From Amoebophrya sp. A120 (lineage: Eukaryota; Protista; Dinoflagellata), in the NCBI GenBank assembly GCA_905178155.1, contig CAJINV010000020.1:1054001-1118000 (forward strand): 64,000 nucleotides of DNA. Reading direction: 5' to 3'. Position 1 is the first letter of the stretch, and the number at the start of each line of letters is the position of its first letter. Shown one piece after another: positions 24,624-36,451 of the stretch. The translations under genes were made by a program, and so were the position numbers. The notes under the pieces were generated by a model. It was not told the origin of the DNA and did not search any database. It saw nothing but the letters and a program-made list of their open reading frames with translations.

Positions 24624-24934
24624 TATGGAAGCGTCAGGTTTGAAATCGTCAAAGTTGAAATAAATAATTTGTAATGCATAAAATGCATGGCCCGGGGTGC
24701 GTGTGTTGCAGAGCAGGCAAGTGAGGCCGATTGTAAGCCTGTTTGGGGTTACAGCTCGAGCTGCTAAAGTAGCATGAGAAAATCACTCTTCTTTGCCTAA
24801 ACAGCATGACAAACTGGATTTAGGGACCACCGAAAGTTGTCATGCGCCACTTGAAAACTGGGTTCCAACTGGCATCCATTTTATGCATGGCAAATTATTT
24901 CAACTTTGTCGATTTCAACTCTGACACATCCATA
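24624..24934. mobile_element. Introner-type element, family C (311 bp), outside evident CDS
   Basis: Family C TIRs, TSD ccgcc/ccgcc; closely similar to 48348-48653. Confidence 0.92.
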
Positions 24935-24982
24935 CCGCCACATCAAACCAAATATTCCATGTTCCGACCAACGGCTGCACCA

Positions 24983-25122
24983 TATCGCACTCGTACAAAT
25001 GCTAATGCAAGTTTTGCATTACAAATCTTGTTTGCAAGGCAAATCTGCATTACAAATTTTATTTCTCATGCTGAGGAAATTTGTAATGCATTTATACGAG
25101 TACGATACTTTTGCAATGCATA
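24983..25122. mobile_element. Introner-type element, family D, left-truncated (140 bp)
   Basis: TSD cacca/cacca; left end begins at the internal TAT of the family D TIR; an empty version of the site lies at ~27541-27599. Confidence 0.88.
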
Positions 25123-27537
25123 CACCATGCAAAAAAAAAATTGTGTGCTCGCTTCTTCAGGCGAGCGAGTAACTGTTTGTCATACTAACTATGTTCCTGC
25201 TTGTAAATAGCTGGCAACCAGTGTCTCAACTAGTCGCCACCAGAGCTTGACGAACAAACACCGCCCGTTTTAGTAGTGAACGGCCAAGCTCGGGGAGTTA
25301 CCAGGTAGAAGAACTGCCGAAGCCTTCCTTCTGTCCTGGCTTCAGACTGGAGCAAAACTACCTCCTCATCCGTAATGCTCCCGTCAGCCTCCGCACAGCC
25401 GCAAGGTCCTAAACAAGCCGCCTCTGCTTGCCCTTCCTTGCGTCAGAACAGGCGCCATAGAAATGGCAGGTCCTAAGCAAGACTCCTCTTCTTGCCCTTC
25501 CTGCCTGCGCCACCTGAGCCGAAGCTCTGGTAGCGGTACGCAAACGCCACCGGGAAACGCAGGAAAACACGGAGTTACACCCTGCATCTCCCAGTTACCT
25601 CCCTAAAACCCTTTACCCTATCCTGAAACCCTTGCCCCCCCCGACCGAGCTTCAAAAAAAAAAACCCAGCAGCTATCGACCCTTTTTCCCTGCTCTCCCC
25701 CCCAAATGATTTCCCTTAGCCGGCTCCAGAGCACAGAGCGGTTAGGGCAGAGATTGTTGTGGTTCTGTACGAGCAAAAGCGCTAACCTAACCTACTTGCT
25801 TCTGTCGAATATCTTTATCTTAGATGCTGACGAAGTGCATCTCTCAGCGATAGAGAACAACTAAGCTTTTCTATCTCTACCAAATATTCCATGTTCCGAC
25901 CAACGACTGCACCATGTTCCGAGAGCGGTGAGAATATATCAGCAGAGGGGGATGATGTTCCATCTGCATCTTCTTCACGAAGATGTGACCAGGCTCGACA
26001 CTTTGGCATTAGCCAAGCGACTGAGCCGGGCGCAGCCTTTTCTTGCCTTATTTCAAACAAAGCCTAACAGCAACAGAAGCAACGTCTTGCACAGCGATGC
26101 TGACGCGCTTCAGGCTGTATTATGTTACAGATTCTTCGTTCTGTAAACCGACAGTAGACTCTTTTATTTTTCTAGAGTCAATTTGCAACCGATGCTGCAC
26201 TAGCATCGATCAACTTTCTCTACTTCGCAACCTCGGTTGCGCTGCGCGCCGAACTTGTCGGCGCCCGTGCCTGCGCTCCCGGCAGGCTGTGCCGCTAGGC
26301 TTGCGGCCTTCGGCTCTTGTGCAACCAGCACCCTGCTGGGCTTGTGTTCTTGGCAGGCAGTCTCGCGAATCTGCAAGACGGAATACCTTACCAAAGTAGA
26401 TTTTCAAACCGAACACGGCAGGCGATGATGCCTGGCCGTGTATGCGCGCGAGGCGTCCCTCGATGAGTTGCGCGTCGTGCCCGGGTGCGTGAACCCTGCG
26501 ACACTATTTGGAATTGCTGATAGGTGTGCATCAACAAATTAAAGAACCCTGATAGTTCCTCGTACACACTTTTCTACTCCTACTCGAAACTGAAAAGCCA
26601 CAGAAGCTACTTGCTCTACTAGGAGTGAAAACCAAAACACAATATACGTGACCCGCATACTGAACTGCTTGCAGCTGCATCTGCAGCCGCTCCTTGCAGC
26701 CTGTGCTGCATCCTGGATCGAGATCCTGGGCGGATCTCGTTCTTCTTGCGTTCGGGGGGACTCCCCGGACTTGGTGCTTGAGCTGTGCTGTGTGCTGGAG
26801 TAGCTGCTGCTACTTGCACCGGCACTGACTGCTCGAGTTGCGCGCAACTACCGATAGCTGCGGCAACATTTACGCACTGCAACACCCTGGACGTCGCTGC
26901 TGCGCCGCCATGTGTGTGTTGCTACTTTTACTTTTGCCTTCCACACTCGTAGCAGCGAAAGTCATCGACAGACGCTACTCGAGTGGGCTTTTGCCCTTTC
27001 CAGCGCTTTGCGCTTTGATGGCTCTCCAGGTGCGGACTAGCCACACAAGGAGGCGACTACAGCCACGAGCTTGGGGAGCTCATTCCCTACTCTTATGCAG
27101 GGATAGGTGGGGGCTTCTGGTAGTTCTTACCCGTTCCCAATAGGGGAACTCTTTGGGCTCATAACTCTGTGGACGTGTCAAGCGTCAGGGACGAGGCATG
27201 CTCACTAGCATGCTGTCCTAAGCTAGAGAACAGAGTCACTATCTACTAAGCAACCTAATATCTAGGTGCTACGGAGTTCAGGGCAATTGTTTCATCAGGC
27301 TACTGGCACTATGACCAGGAGCCATTCTGGCACTGTGTACGTTGTTCACATTGTGTCCATTGGTATCATCACCACCATCCTAGTGGTGTCCTGTGTGGGT
27401 GATCCTCATGATCCTACTGGTGTGACCCCTGTATTTACATCCTACACCTATGGGTGTGCTTTGGCCTATTCATGGATCTCATTGATCTAGGAGCATGCTA
27501 GCAACAGCTCTAGTCCGAGTCTGGTTGCTGCGCAATA

Positions 27538-27599
27538 GCCACATCAAACCAAATATTCCATGTTCCGCTTCCGACCAACGGCTGCACCATGCAAAAAAA
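27538..27599. repeat. ~60-bp dispersed repeat (other copies ~24937-25140 with insertion, and ~25879-25917)
   Basis: Shared accaaatattccatgttccgaccaacg.ctgcaccatg core in three places. Confidence 0.85.
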
Positions 27600-28241
27600 C
27601 AATAAACTCAATCAAGCAACAAGTAGTACCCGCTGGTGCCGCCGCAGCTGCTTGGTGGCTGTCCGTGGAAAGGTGCTGAGAGGAACGGCTCGTAGGGCTT
27701 GCCGCCCCGCCAGATGAAGCCTCAGTCGACAAGGAGAGTTGTTCTTCACCGGGAACAAGACCTGCTACTCCCTCCGCATCGTCCGCCGGGACATCCGTTG
27801 CCTCCGCGTCTGACGTAATTTGAAAACTTTTCGTGTCTGCATTGTGGCCGTGGTTCGCGGCTGCATCGTGGTCAAACCCGTAGACCCAGGAGGTCGCAGC
27901 GCCTGATCATTTACAGGATTTGATTGTGACTTGCACACACATTACATTCACGACCTGCAGTAGCATAATTGCAGCACAGTCTCTTGCTCATCTCCTATTC
28001 AAGATGTTAGTGCTCTTAGTCTTACAGCAACTCTGCTTTTATACCAGCGAGCGAAGCGGGCAGTTTCCACATACGCCTGCCACTGGCGGACTGCGCAAAC
28101 TGCATGGGGATTATCAATCCAGAGGCCACGCTCACGCCAATGTCTGGTAGGAGGTGCAGTGTCAGTAGGACCATCGTAGTTGTCCATCGCGAGCAGGAAC
28201 AGAAGCAAGGTGCGGGCGATTATCCTATGCAATTGGCTCTT

Positions 28242-29080
28242 CAGAATATATTAACTAGCAAAATTTTGGCACTTTTACCAATATGACATATGACAATATT
28301 ACAATATGTCAATATGACCAGTGATTTTTGAGCAATATGACCGGAGTCATCGGCCTCGGGGACCGGAAGATGACCTGACGCGCAGCGTCCGTCGCATGCA
28401 GTAACAGGCCATCTTCGCTCCCCGACTAATGCGGTGGCGATAACGTCCGGCGGTCGATAGCCGGCCGCCCACCGTTAGCCAGCTGCCTTGCAACGCAAGG
28501 GCTCCGCCCCGGATGCCCACTCGTCGCCGCGAGTCCCCTAGGAGACCAACAGACGCAAACTGCTCAAAATTCAGTGTGGTTTTGCCTAGTTTTGCTTTGA
28601 TTAGCTACCCTTATAAGCAAAAAAATTATATATCAGCACAATGCTACTTAGCCAGGTGGTTGGGCGCGAAAATAGCTGCCGAAAAAGCAAGCTGCGCTGA
28701 TGCTGCGCCTACAACAGCCTACACGTTGTTGCAATCGACACGCTAACTGCAAAGACAGTGCCTGTGCCAGCAATAGCGCGCCAGGAGTGCGCTCAAGGCT
28801 GTAGGGCGTTGCCAACATGTTCGGGAGACAAACCTAGGAGGCGCCTAGTTGGTATCTGCACAAACTGCACAGCGGCGCGCGCGGTCCTAAAGACCGCACA
28901 GTCCGCAAGCAGTTCGGACAGGACCAATTTTCACGCGAGGGGCTGCCGCGAGCAATATGCAATATGACAATATGACAATATTACAATATGAGAATGCTAC
29001 TTTTTTGATGTTTCGCTGCGCTGTCGTTGCCAAGTGTCATATTGAATGATATGTGTCATATTGCTAGTTAATATATTCTG
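28242..29080. mobile_element. Non-autonomous TIR DNA transposon (MITE), 839 bp
   Basis: Perfect 20-bp TIR cagaatatattaactagcaa (28242-28261 / 29061-29080), 6-bp TSD gctctt on both sides, subterminal caatatgac arrays at both ends, no transposase ORF. Confidence 0.9.
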
Positions 29081-30786
29081 GCTCTTGTTTGTACTCTTGT
29101 TGCATGCACATCCACTTCCAGTTCCATCCGAGAAGTGCATATACAAAATGAGTGCTTTTTGGTTCGGCTTTGAATGACTTGGTGACCACAACAACGAGTC
29201 AAGAGTAAATTCACTGGTGATAATACTACTCGTCCCGCCATTTTGTCGTCAGATCGAACCGCGGGAGTGCAAGCGCGTTTGAGTTTGCGCAGATGTTCTT
29301 GCGTGATCGCAGCCCTTCTACCAGCTGTAGTTACCGATTTACCTGGTAAAGCCATTTTGTCTACTGATGTTTTCGTTTTGCGTTATAGCTTCAACGAGCA
29401 TGATACGCAAACGAAAAGAACAACCGGCGCTGTCGCTGTGTCACCAATGAAATTAGAGTTGACCGCACACCTTCATCTTGCAGGTGGCCCTCCGTCCTCG
29501 CCCCCGAAGTAGAGCCGCGAGTCACTCGCTTTCTTGCCTCCACCAATATTGTTCTTCTTAGAGCACGGTGTTTGTGTTTGACGCTGGTTGGGAGGGAAGG
29601 ACGACGAGCAGACGGGCTGCAGCGAAACTTGGCGAGGTGGACTTGCTCGCTTTCTTGGAAAGGTCTTCGTACTAGTTGTCAAGAGGTGAAACTAGTAAGA
29701 GCCGCAAGTTTAGTCATTCACTCATCTGGATCTGAGCTTTCAATGCTGTCGAAGACAACAAAGCCTCCACCTGTAGTTCTAATACAAGTGTCGCTTCATC
29801 ATCTTCTACTTCGCCAAAGTTGTTTTTTTGAAAATGCTTGTTAAATGAAGTGCGAAGAAACATGATGAAATGCGGTGATACTTTTCTTCATTTGGTTTGA
29901 AGGAACTCCTCTGATCTCCTGTCGTGCAAATCCAGTTTACCTTTACGCCCAATCCTGCTGCTGCTCTCAAAAATACCAGCACATCTACAACTCGGAGATG
30001 GCAATAATGATATTGCACTACAACGAGAATTGAAACGCATCAAATGCCACTGCACTCCAGAGTAAACCCAGGGTGGTCGTCACGGCCGTTCTGCTAAACA
30101 GCCTGCGCGAGCGAACCTGCACCAGGTCAGTTTTCGCGCTACCAACTTCACAGTTTGTTGTAAGTATCAAAAAAAGACGAAAAAGCGGCATCCAGTACTA
30201 CAGTGTATCCTTTTGATGTATGTCACCACAGTGTCTCGCAAAGTCTAGTACTATTCATTGAAGACGACCTGCGTGCTGCTCATCACAAAGTCAACAAGAA
30301 TGCTCCTCGATGTTCCAACTTCTTGCCATTGGTGTTGCCATCAGGAGCTGGATTTGCACCCCCGCCTTCCTTATTCTTATTCTTTTTGCCAACTGAACAT
30401 GGCCTGGCAGACAAATAACTGCGGCCACAAACTACATAGTTGAAAAATTAGTGAATGCCGAAATACGTCGCCTCCTGACACCCTCGACTTCGTATGTGTA
30501 ATCGAAAGAGCAAAAGCGATTTCCTGTTTTTTCTTTGATGTCGTAGTGAGGTGCATTTTTTTCAGCCGCCCGGATGAGGTATGCTAAAGTGACAATAGAC
30601 CAGAAAAAAGTCATGAACGTCGGTCCTGCGTTGATGTTGAAGCACTGGGAGGAGAAGCCCAACTCTTCTGCTGTAGAGAAGTAGTTGAAGTAGCTACAAC
30701 TAGTAAAACCTTCTATTGCGATCATTCATTGTAGTTGTCCAAGAGCCCACTCTACCTCTTTACAAGAAGTAGAAGAGCTGCTTTTA

Positions 30787-33700
30787 CTACTTTGATTCTT
30801 TCTTTTGGTCCTTCTCCGTGTGCCTCGACGAGGAGGACTTTTTCTTTTTTTCTTTGTCCACCTCTGCCTCATCCGTAGACTTCTTCCGCTTCTCCTTCTT
30901 GTCATCCGCACCAGCTGCCCCCTCGTCCGAAGACTTCTTGTGCTTATTTTCTTTCTTCTCTTTGTCCTTTGTTTCAGCTTGTTGTTGTTCCTTCTCTACC
31001 TCCTCAGCATCGTGGTCCGATGACTTCTTTTTCCTCGACGATTTGTGTTCGTGGTGATGCCGGTCTTTTTTCTCCTTCGAGTGCTTGTGGTGTGTAGTGT
31101 CGTCCCGGGTGGACGAGGACTCCTTTCTCTCCTTTTCAGGCGAGTTCGATACCGATCGCCGGTGGTGGGAGGAGGAACTAGAGCTGCTGTGGTGTTTTTT
31201 GTGCTTCTTTTCCTTCGACGCGGAGCTTTTCCGCGATTTGCTGGGCGATTTGCTGGGGGACGTCGTGCTGGAAGCTCCGGGAGTGGCGTCGCCTTCAGTA
31301 GTGTCTCCTCGCTTGCTTTTACTACTAGTTGTACCCTTGCGTGATTTTGATGTCTTCTCTGCCTTTGTTTCGCGATCCTTTATGGCTACAGTCTCCGGTC
31401 CGTCCTCCAGGCCCTCGAGGTCAATTTCCGCATCCCCGACCGACCGCGTCCACGCCCGGCCGGCCGGTTTCGCCGTGGTCCCGCCACTGGCTGCCCCCGG
31501 CGAGGAACTTCCGCGCGCCGCCCGGCTCTCGCGCCCCATGGAGAAGCAGCTCATAGAGGTCTTGGAAAGTACAGATTTATCTCTGCCGTCGTTGATGTTG
31601 TCGTTGTTCTGGTGGTCCTCTTTATCTTTTTCTCTTGACGGTGACACGGCACTACCACTAGATTCTGTTCCAGAACTAGCGACCGACCAGGAAGACCCGC
31701 TTCCGGCCCCAGAGGAAGAGGATGCCTTGCTCGTCGCACCAGCGCTACTGTTGGTCGCCGTTAAAGACTATGCTGTGCAAAAGTATCGTACTCGTAGTAA
31801 TCGCGTTTATGCATTACGAATCTTTTTCCTAAGGTCAATCAGCATTAAATACAAATTCCATTTCTCGTGCTGAGGAAATTTGTAATGCAATTCATACTAT
31901 TACGATGCTTTTGCAATTCATAAAGACCCTGACCCGCTGGTAGCTCCGCTGTACGACGATGCAGTAAGGCTGGCGTTGCTAGAGTCCTCGTGCGAGGTAG
32001 AACTTCCCCCGCTGCTGCGGCTCGCGCGACTAGTTCCGCCGGACGAAGAAGAAGAGCCAGAAGAACTACCCGCTCCCGCCGAAGACGACAGCGTGTAGCT
32101 CGAGGCCGGCCCACCGGAAGAGCTGTTTAGCAACATATGCCCGTTGCTGCTTTTCAGCAAGTCGCTTTTCACGGTGCTGGTCACGGATTTCCGTTTCTCC
32201 GCCTTGGAAATGGTCACGTACTCCCGCCACGCCGGAATCACCAGCTTCCACAGATCGATGCGCTCGGTCAGCATTGCGTGCGTCAACTGCTTCACTTTCG
32301 TGAACTCCTGGGATTCCAGCTTCGAAAAGCCCCGCCGGATCTTCTTGCCCCCGGCGCCATGAAGACCTCCAGATGGATTCTGATCTCCACCACCGCCCGG
32401 ACTGGCACGGGGGTCGTGAGTTGCTGTGCCGGTAGCAGAACCCAGCAGATCGTTGGCGGCAGCTCCATCCACTGCCGGCGACGCGGCGTCCTCCAACAAA
32501 CCGACGTTGCTGCACCCGGAGATGCGCGCGCGCTCGTGGGTATTCAGGTGTTCCACCATCAGGTCCTTGAACTTTTTCACCAGCTTTTTCTCGTCGTTTT
32601 TCGGCAGAAAGAAGTCCAACTCCGTCCCGCCCTTCTTGTCACCGGCCACGTCCTCCGCGTAGTCGAGCAGCTTCGCGAAGCCCTGGTACCCCTCTTGCTG
32701 CTTCAACAGTTTCTCCATTTGGAGTTGCATTTTCCGGTCCCGTTTTTCGTGCTCTTCGCGGCGCTGCTCCTCTTCCTCCGCCATGTGTTCCTGCCGCTCG
32801 GTATTCCCTGAAAACAAACCATCTCCCTCCACTTTTTGCATGACAAACACAAAACTCATTCGCATGTTTTGCATGAAAAATTGGATGGGGATGCTTAATT
32901 TTCAGGGAATACTCGGTCAGCTCGGTCAACTGCTTTAGCACCTCCACGTACTTTTTCTGCGTTTTCTCGAACGGGAGTATGAAACAAAAAAGTGTTGACG
33001 TTAACGGTTTCCAGAGATTTCAGCTATGCATGACAGATGTTTCCTAGAATGCATGCTATGCAATACAAAGTTAGCTACCCTTTCCCTTTCTATTTCTAAT
33101 GCGGTCCTGCGTCACAAATTCCGTTAACGTTAACGCTTTTTCCTGTGATAGGGAGCATCATTTTTCCAAAGATCCCGTCGTCCGACATGGCTTCCTCCAT
33201 CTTCTTCTGGATATGCATTGCAAAAGCATCGCACTAGTAGTAGAAGTAGTCGCAATACAAATTTGCTCAGCATGACGAATGGAATTTGTCATGCTGTTTT
33301 GGCTTGGGAGGGAGATTTGTAATGCATGACTGCGATTAGTGCGTCGAGTGCGGTACTTTTGCAGTGGATACTGGAAAGCCGTCACCAACTCCGGCGTCGT
33401 GGCGTCTACGAGACTGGAGGAAATGGTCTTGTTCACGTTTTTCAGAAAGTCCACCTGCTTTTCCAGTTGCTTGCTGGTGTCGCCCAACCGGTCCACTTCC
33501 CCGGTGAATTTGGACAACTGCGCCGCCAGCTCCTCGTTCTCCTGCTGAAAAGCCACCACGTTGTCGTTCAGTTTTTCCTTCGTTTTCTCCAAGTCTAAAA
33601 CATTACTAGCCAGTTTGTCGTTCTGTTTCCGCATGGCCTCGTTGTTTTTCGCGTAATTCGCGTTGTTTTCCTGCAAAGCGGCGTTGGACTTGACAAACTC

Positions 33701-34306
33701 CGCGTTTGATTTTTTGAAGTCCTCGTTGGACTTCGCGAATTTCTCGTTCTCCCCGGCCAAGTGCGTGATCTGCCCCTTCAGTGCGGTGACCGCGAATTCC
33801 AGCTGTTTCAGCACGTACCGCTGGTACTCGCCGTTGGTATACCCGAACGAGAGGATCGACAGGGCAAGAATCACGGGGATCAGGTCGAAGCCAAACCAGA
33901 AGATGATGATCCAGGGCAGGAACAGAAAAGTCCCGGCGCGCAGCCCGTGCTTCACGCACAGCTCCAGAATCTGCCAGCGGTTCATTGACCGCAGGGACGC
34001 GACAGCGTTTAGGACGGATGGCGTGCGGGTTGGTGCCTCACCGTCTCCGTTGCCCCCGTTATTTTCTCCGTCCTCAGCACCAGCGCGGGCCGCACTGCTG
34101 GACCGCTCGGGGCGCCGCGGGTTGGAGGACGAACTGCCTCGTGTTTGTGCAGCAGCAGCATCGTCCACAACAACCTGCTTCAGCTCAATTTCTTTGTCTT
34201 TCATGTTATTCATAGCCTGCTCTCCTGCAAGGCCAACCCCTGCAGCAGCTCCCACTAGAGGGTCGTGCAAAGTGGTACCACCAAGATGTTGATCCAAAGA
34301 TGGCAT
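30787..34306 (-). CDS. Membrane-anchored coiled-coil protein with Ser/Lys/His-rich tail (~967 aa, 5 exons)
   Basis: Removing four elements (33212, 32978, 32802, 31769) gives a 2904-nt frame. Hydrophobic FLFLPWIIIFWFGFDLIPVILALSILSFGY is followed by heptad repeats. Confidence 0.8.
31769..31922. mobile_element. Introner-type element, family D (154 bp)
   Basis: TIR ~tatgc.gtgcaaaag.atcgta, TSD aagac/aagac; removal gives SGSLTATNS. Confidence 0.9.
32802..32911. mobile_element. Introner-type element, family B (110 bp)
   Basis: TIR tattccctgaaaa, TSD ctcgg/ctcgg; removal gives TELTERQEH. Confidence 0.9.
32978..33150. mobile_element. Introner-type element, family E (173 bp)
   Basis: ~30-bp TIR ending gttaacgg, TSD gggag/gggag; removal gives MMLPFEKT. 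Confidence 0.88.
33212..33370. mobile_element. Introner-type element, family D (159 bp)
   Basis: Family D TIRs, TSD ctgga/ctgga, opposite orientation to 31769; removal gives TAFQKKMEE. Confidence 0.9.
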
Positions 34307-35021
34307 GATGCAGGGTAGAAGTAGTGCTGCTCGTGTAGTTCCTCTTCTTGACAGAACAAGAACCCTCGGCGTCCACCTCCGATGCTGATGTCTTTATTCG
34401 CTTTCTGATTCTTTCCTCGACGAAAAGTAAGTAACCGACACGATGTTTTCTTCTCAAAATTCATATACAAAACGAAAACAGAAACACAAGAACTCAAGAT
34501 TATTACCTGAATTTTTCGAGAACTAAAGACCCCACAACATCAATCAGCCACGGTCTACAACTAGATGCTCCGCTATTTTTTCAGAAAGGATTTGTGTCGA
34601 GTGTGTACAGATGTTGGTTGGGGTACACAACTCAACATTTACATTTACATTTTCGAACATCACTCCGATATTAGGATATATAAAATCGCTCGAAAATTAT
34701 ATTTTTCGGACGACACTGGAGTGGACGCAAACACGGGCTACAGTAACAACAAACGAATGTTGACACACATAGAGGAGTACACCGCGACGGTGGCGATGAA
34801 AATTTCATCTACTGACTACTCATCTGTACACGGGCACGCAGCTCATGCATAGAATCTAACGAAGAAGCACTTGCACTATGCAAACAAATGATAGTAGACT
34901 CAGAATGTATTTAGTTGCTGCAGATACAGCCGCGTATCAAAACTTGACACGCGGCATCAAAAAGTAGAAGCGAGCCACCTGCTCCTTAGGTTGAGAGTCC
35001 TTTTGGTACTAGTACTTCTTC

Positions 35022-36279
35022 TAGTGGTTGAAGCAATGTGCATGCTGCTGAGTCTGTGCCGTTTTCGGAACACATACGAATGCAGCCCCTTCGGGCTTTA
35101 GGACCGAACAAGGTGCACTTTAGGACCGAACAAGGTGCATGCTTCTTGCGCGTGAGAGATGATTTGAAGAGCCAAAAACAGCCTCATCCTGCTTCGAGAA
35201 AAAGCAATGGACACCAGCACGAAGCAATTACATACTTAGTTCTGACAAGAGACAAAGGTCTGGAATAGTAGTTCTGGAATAGGGGCGAAGCGCTTACTTG
35301 TCTACACTTCTGTCTTTAGTTCTGCAGGAATTCACCGATAAACGCATCATTGTCACTGGCGTGACCTTCGTCTTTCTCGCTGTCACTATTTAAGAGGGCA
35401 ATTTCTTCACGATCATCAGCTACAGTGTCGAAGAACCACTGCAGTGAGTTGCTCCAGTGCATTGGCCGATCAAATTTTTTACTATTGCGAGTGTAATAGA
35501 GCACCATGGAGTCATCTGACCACCTCGCATGTGACACAATCTTTGCCGTGTCGACATCTAACAAAAACAAGTGCACTGCCAACCCAATCCTGCAGGAGTG
35601 CGAAGACACATTCTTGCACTCTGGGACGATGCCCGTGATGTATTTCACCGCTGCGGACAAATTGAGCCCGTTTTTAGTGGACCGGAGGAAGTCGTTCACT
35701 TTTTTGTTGTGTATGAGGCACAGGCGCGAGTAGTCCTTTTCTTTTCCCGCGTCGACCGACCCGGGAGTTGGGCGGAAGCATGAGCAATGGATCCGGACAT
35801 GTCGCGCGCACCTGGGGCCGCCTTTCTGGCGGTAATTCGAGAGATCGAGGTGAAGACTATGGTCTACATCTGCGAACTTTAAAAACGTAAGGAATACTCT
35901 ACACACTTCTCGACGTGAGAAGTTGAGTATACTTAGCTGCTACGGCAGCGGGAATGTGCCAGTGACTGCTACCCGGAAGAAGTTTGTTTTGTTTTACTCG
36001 AAGATCACTCAATCTCTCATGCGAGTTCGCTCTTGGACTCTCAGAAAGATTCGCTCGTTGACGATGCACGACACGAGCGGAAATTGTACACGGACGACAA
36101 CTGGGACGAGCGAACAGCATGAGGAAAATATGTAGTAAGTGTGATCGTCGATCGATCGCTATGAAATACTGCTACACTCGCGATGCTCCCTACGCATCTA
36201 TTTAGTGGTTAAGGCAATGTGCATGCCGCTGAGTCTGTGCCGTTTTCGGAACAGATACGAATGCAGCCCCTTCGGGCTT
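35022..36279. mobile_element. Tyrosine-recombinase element remnant bounded by 77-bp direct repeats
   Basis: Repeats 35022-35098 and 36203-36279 (4 mismatches) enclose a tyrosine recombinase-like frame. Confidence 0.7.
35316..36050 (-). pseudogene. Decayed tyrosine recombinase
   Basis: C-terminal SHSCRIG (HxxR), HARW and MVLYY (Tyr). A box-I-like FLRVQE lies in the same frame at ~36047-36030 but is separated by three in-frame stops. Confidence 0.75.
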
Positions 36280-36451
36280 CGGCCTTCGACTTTTCTTTCG
36301 TTCCGGCTGTCGCTGTCGCTCTATTACGCTACGAAGATATTGATATTCTTGTTCGGGCAATCACTGTACTTCTATACCAGATCTTCATCCATGATGTGAG
36401 TGCTCGCTGAACTTGTCATTTTTTCACCTCTTCTTGCCTGAATGACTTATT

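Noticed and set aside
35316-36050. Tyrosine recombinase as the introner mobiliser
   Set aside because: It carries stops, and variable 5-bp TSDs with TIRs point to a DDE transposase; no such transposase was seen in the window.
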